This document shows, piece after piece, positions 59,507 through 64,000 of a stretch of DNA of 64,000 bases; the first letter of the stretch is position 1, and each line of letters starts with the position of its first letter. Source of the DNA: the human T2T-CHM13v2.0 reference genome, Homo sapiens; NCBI RefSeq assembly GCF_009914755.1, contig NC_060942.1. One strand, written 5' to 3'. Both the position numbers and the translations under genes were made by a program. Below the pieces are notes generated by a model. That model was not told the origin of the DNA, did no database searches, and saw only the letters and a program-made list of their open reading frames with translations.

Positions 59507-59756
59507 AAGAATCGTGAATGATAAGGAAATAATGTGGACTAAATGTTTTGAATTACTTAATGTTTGACATTTTACAGTGTATAAATTCGTATTATTGTCA
59601 CATGTATCATTCAGAACACAGTAATATTGAATTAGAGCCCATGTTTTTGACCAGTCATGTCACGGAAAAGAAAGGGAATATGCTGACTTTTCCAATTTCT
59701 ATTGTCTCTTCTGAAATAAAGTACTTTTATGTCCATGATTGAAATATAATCAAATT

Positions 59757-60069
<313 letters not shown>

Positions 60070-60639
60070 TCATTATGCTATAGATTTTAAAAACTTCTTC
60101 ACTCCCTTTATCTTCTATTATCGCCCTTTAGGGAGACACGGAAAACCTTTTATCTGTTTACTTCAGGGAAACTATATGAGATACTGAATAATTGTAATGT
60201 ATTCAGTGTTAATTATAAATACACAGCGTATGTTTTTATATGTATTGTATTTATGTGCTTTAGGTAATTATGCATGTGAGTTCCTTGCCAATTTTATGGC
60301 CAAAATATTTTACTTGGCTGATTACTAAGTATATTTTAAGCTTACTTCTTGAAACATGAAGAGAATATACTATAAATCCAATTAACATAATTTATCTGCC
60401 TAAAGAGAATGGTTGCTTTTATTTTTTTTCTCCATTTTAATGATGAAAAATAGTTGTAAGAGTATGGAGTATTTAATTTGTTTTTAAAGCTTTCCAGGCC
60501 CAATTTTGTTGTTTTCTTTTAAGAGAAAAATATAATTTTAAAAAGAAATTTGGAAATTTTAAAGAAAGCATTAAAAAAATCACCTATAACTCACTATCAA
60601 TTTTCAATAATTTTCTGCCTAATATTTTAAGGCATTACA

Positions 60640-61430
60640 ATCTTAACACAAAGAGTTTCATATCTTATTTTTACACTTAATATTATATCCCAAATGTTTC
60701 CTTTATCTTTTCTATGAACACTGCTATAAATAACTCTTAAGATTTACCTCCATTCCTTTCTAAAGATGTATTTCAAGAGATGAAATTACTAGTTCGAAGT
60801 ATATAAAATGCTTAAGATTCATTACATACTCCTGTTTTGACAACCTGTTTTCATGAAGGTTGCATAAGCTCACATTCGCATCAGCACTCTGTAAGAATGG
60901 TTACTTCAGTTCCTCACTAAAATGGCTATTAAACTTTTAAAAGATCTTTGCCAATTTGATGAGTGAAAAAAGATTATTTCCTTATTGTTCCATTTGAAGC
61001 TATACATGTCTTCATATGTTTACTGACCAGGTGAAAATTTTCTTTTGTGAATTGTTCGTATCCTTTGCATCTTTACCCACTAGAGTATTATTATTTGTCT
61101 CCTACTAATGTGTCTAAGCTCTTTTATTGCCTACCTTTCCTTTCTTCTGTAGAAACATGTTGTTAATTCTCAGTATTTGTGTTTCCATAATTTTAGAATC
61201 ACCAAGGCCATGGGAAACATGGACAATTCAGTCAGCGTTAGGAAAAACTCTGTATAGTTTTGTTTGAAATTGCATGGGATGCATTTATAAATCTTGGGAG
61301 AATTGTCTTCTTGGCAGTATTGGCTGTTCCTATCCATTAATATGGTTTATGCCTCCATTTGTTTGGATCTTCTTTAATGTTTTTCAATAAAGCTTCAAAA
61401 TCTTCTTTATAAATCCTATACATCTTTTGG
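60640..61430 (-). mobile_element. Old L1ME-like fragments
   Basis: Degenerate antisense L1 motifs (ttttcttttgtgaattgttcgtatcctttgc; gttcctatccattaatatgg). Confidence 0.6.
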
Positions 61431-61446
61431 TTTGATAAGATTAAAG

Positions 61447-64000
61447 TATGCCAACTAATTGGATAACCTAGAAGAACTGGGTAAATTCCTAGAAACGTAC
61501 AACTTATTCATGAAGAAATAGAAAATTCAAATATAGCAATAACAAGGAGATTCAATCACTAATCAAAAATCTCCCACAAAGAAAAGTTCATGTCCAGATG
61601 GCTTTACTGGTGAATTCTACCAAACATTTAAAGAAGAATTAAGGCTAGTATTTCTCAGATGCTTCCAAAAAAGTTGAAGATGAGAAAACAGTTCCAAACT
61701 CATTTTACAAGGCCGATATTACCCTGATCCAAAGCCAGATAAGGACCCTATGAGAAAAAGGATTAACCAATATCCCCAGTGAATGTAGATCCAAAAATTA
61801 CCCACAAAACACTAGCAAGCCAAATTCAACAGCACATTAAAAGGATCATACACCATAATCAAATGGGATTTATCCCTGGGGTGCAAGGATGGTTCAACAT
61901 ATGCAAATCAATAAATATGATACCCCACATTAAGAGAATGAAGCATATAAATTATATGATCACCTCAATATATGTAGAAAAGGCATTTCTCAAAATTCAA
62001 AGTCCTTTCATGATAAAAACTCTCAACAAATTGTGTATAGAAGGAATATACCTCAGCATATATGAAAGGCCGTATATAAAGTTTCCAGCTAACATACTCA
62101 ACAAAGAAAAGCTGAAAGCTTTTCTTCTAACAAGACAAAGGTGCCCACTCTCACCAGTTCTGTTCAACATAGTACTAGAAATCCAAGCCAGAGCAATTAG
62201 GCAAGAACAAGACATTAAAGGCATCCAAATTGGAAAGGAAGAAGCAAAATTGTCTCTGTTTATATGTAACATGATCTTATACATAGAAATACCTCAGAGA
62301 CTCCACCAGAAACTGTTATAACTAATAAATTAATCAGTAAAACAAAATAAACATACAAAAATCAGTTTTACTTCTATACACAAACTATTTGAAAATGAAG
62401 AGGAAAAATCATATTTATAATAGCATCAAAAAGAATAAAAATACTTAGAATAAATTTAACCATGGATGTGAAAGATCTATACACTGGAAACTAGAAAACA
62501 TTTATAAAAGAAATTGAAGATACAAATAAGTGGAAAGAAATACCCATGTTCATGGATTGGAAGGCTTAATATTGTTAAAATGCCCATATTACCCAAACTG
62601 ACCAATAAATTCAGTGCAATCTCCATTGAAATTCCAATGGCATTTTTTAACAAATAGGAAAAAAAATTCTAAAATTTGTATGGAACTACAAAGGACCCCA
62701 AATAGCCAAAGCAATCTTAAGAAAGAATAAAACTATAGGCATTAGACTCCCTGATTTCAAACTTTATTGCAAGCTACAGTAATCAAATTAGTATGATCCT
62801 AGCATAAAAACAGACACAGAGACCAATGGAACAGAATTAGGAGCCCAGAAATAAACTCATGCATATATGATCAACTAATATTTTACAAGAGTGCCAAGAA
62901 TACACGATGGGGAAAGGATAATCTCTTCAATAAATGGTGTTGGGGAAACTAGATATGCACATGCAAAAGAATGAAATTGGGTTGCTCTCTTATACTCACA
63001 AAACTTAACTTGAAATTCTTCAAAGACTTAAACATGAGACCCGAAACAGTAAAACTCTTAGAAGAAAACCTAGGGAAATACCCCCTGACATTGGTCTTGG
63101 CAATGTTTTTTTCTTTGTTTGTTTGTTTTCTTAGGACCCACTACAAAGCAGTCAATGACATTTTCGATATGAAACAAAGACATAAGCAACAAAACCAAAA
63201 GTAGCAAGTAGGTTTATATCAAAGTACAAAACTTCTGTACAGCAAAGGAAACAATCAACAAAGAGAAAAAGCAACCTACAGAATGAGAGCATATATTTGA
63301 AGACCGTATATCTGATAAGAGGGTTAATATCCAAGATATATAAGAAATTCATACAACTCAATAGCAAAAAAAAAAAAAATCCTTAAGAATGAGCAAATAA
63401 CCTGATACATTTTTCCAAGGAAGATATACAAATGGTCAATAGGTATAATAAAAGGTGATTAACATCACTAATCATCAAGGAAATGCAAATCAAAACCACA
63501 ATGAGATATCACCTCACACCTTTCAGAATGACAAATCAACCTAAGTGTTGGCAAGGATGTGGAGGAAAAGGAACTCTTCTGCATTGTTGGTGAGAATGTA
63601 ATTTTTTACCACCATTATGGAAAACAGTGTGGAGATTCCACAAAAGGTTAAAAATAGAAGCATCTTAAAGAGACATCTGGACTCCAATGCTCATTACAGC
63701 ATTATTCACAATAACCAAGACATGGAAACAACCTAAATGTTTATCAATAGATGAATGGATGAAGAAATTATGGTGCATATATGCAATGGAATATTATTCA
63801 GCCACAAAAAAAGAAGTCTACCCTGCCATTTGCAGCAACATGAATGAACCTTGAGGACGTTATGCAAAATGAAATACGTCAGAGAAAGATAAACACTGTA
63901 TGGTTTTACTTACATGTGGAATCTAAAAAAGTCATAGAAACAGAGTAGAACGATGATTGCCAGGGGATGGGGGTTAGAGGAAATGGAGATGTTGGTCAAA
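61447..64000 (+). mobile_element. L1MA/MB-like element: degenerate ORF2 (RT region) to 3' UTR, truncated by the window end
   Basis: ORF 61779..62321 gives an L1 RT-like peptide ([28 protein letters not shown]...[16 protein letters not shown]); frameshifts and stops elsewhere. Confidence 0.92.

Noticed and set aside
61779-62321. 180-aa reverse-transcriptase-like ORF
   Set aside because: Fragment of a decayed L1 ORF2; the catalytic FADD motif is degenerate (FICNM) and the flanks are frameshifted.

Overview
Primate (human-like) genomic DNA from the middle of the receptor tyrosine phosphatase gene PTPRM (PTP-mu), + strand. Five coding exons with GT-AG boundaries and matching phases lie at 37185-46541. 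They encode the intracellular juxtamembrane region up to the pre-D1 wedge and include two frame-preserving microexons (27 nt DPFVPTAIL, 12 nt VPIN). The rest is intron, densely filled with Alu, L1, L2/MIR, ERV/MaLR LTRs and DNA transposon relics, often nested. The most interesting observations are: candidate additional microexons and poison exons in repeat-poor intronic islands (42203-42226, 42355-42377, 11347-11380); a triplicated Alu-tail/TSD/Tigger1 polypurine VNTR; an L1-retroposed polyadenylated ERV LTR 3' end; a MER57 LTR inserted in reverse inside another MER57; and a local ~96%-identical duplication. Repeat families were assigned by eye from remembered consensus sequences, and TE boundaries are approximate unless a TSD is cited.
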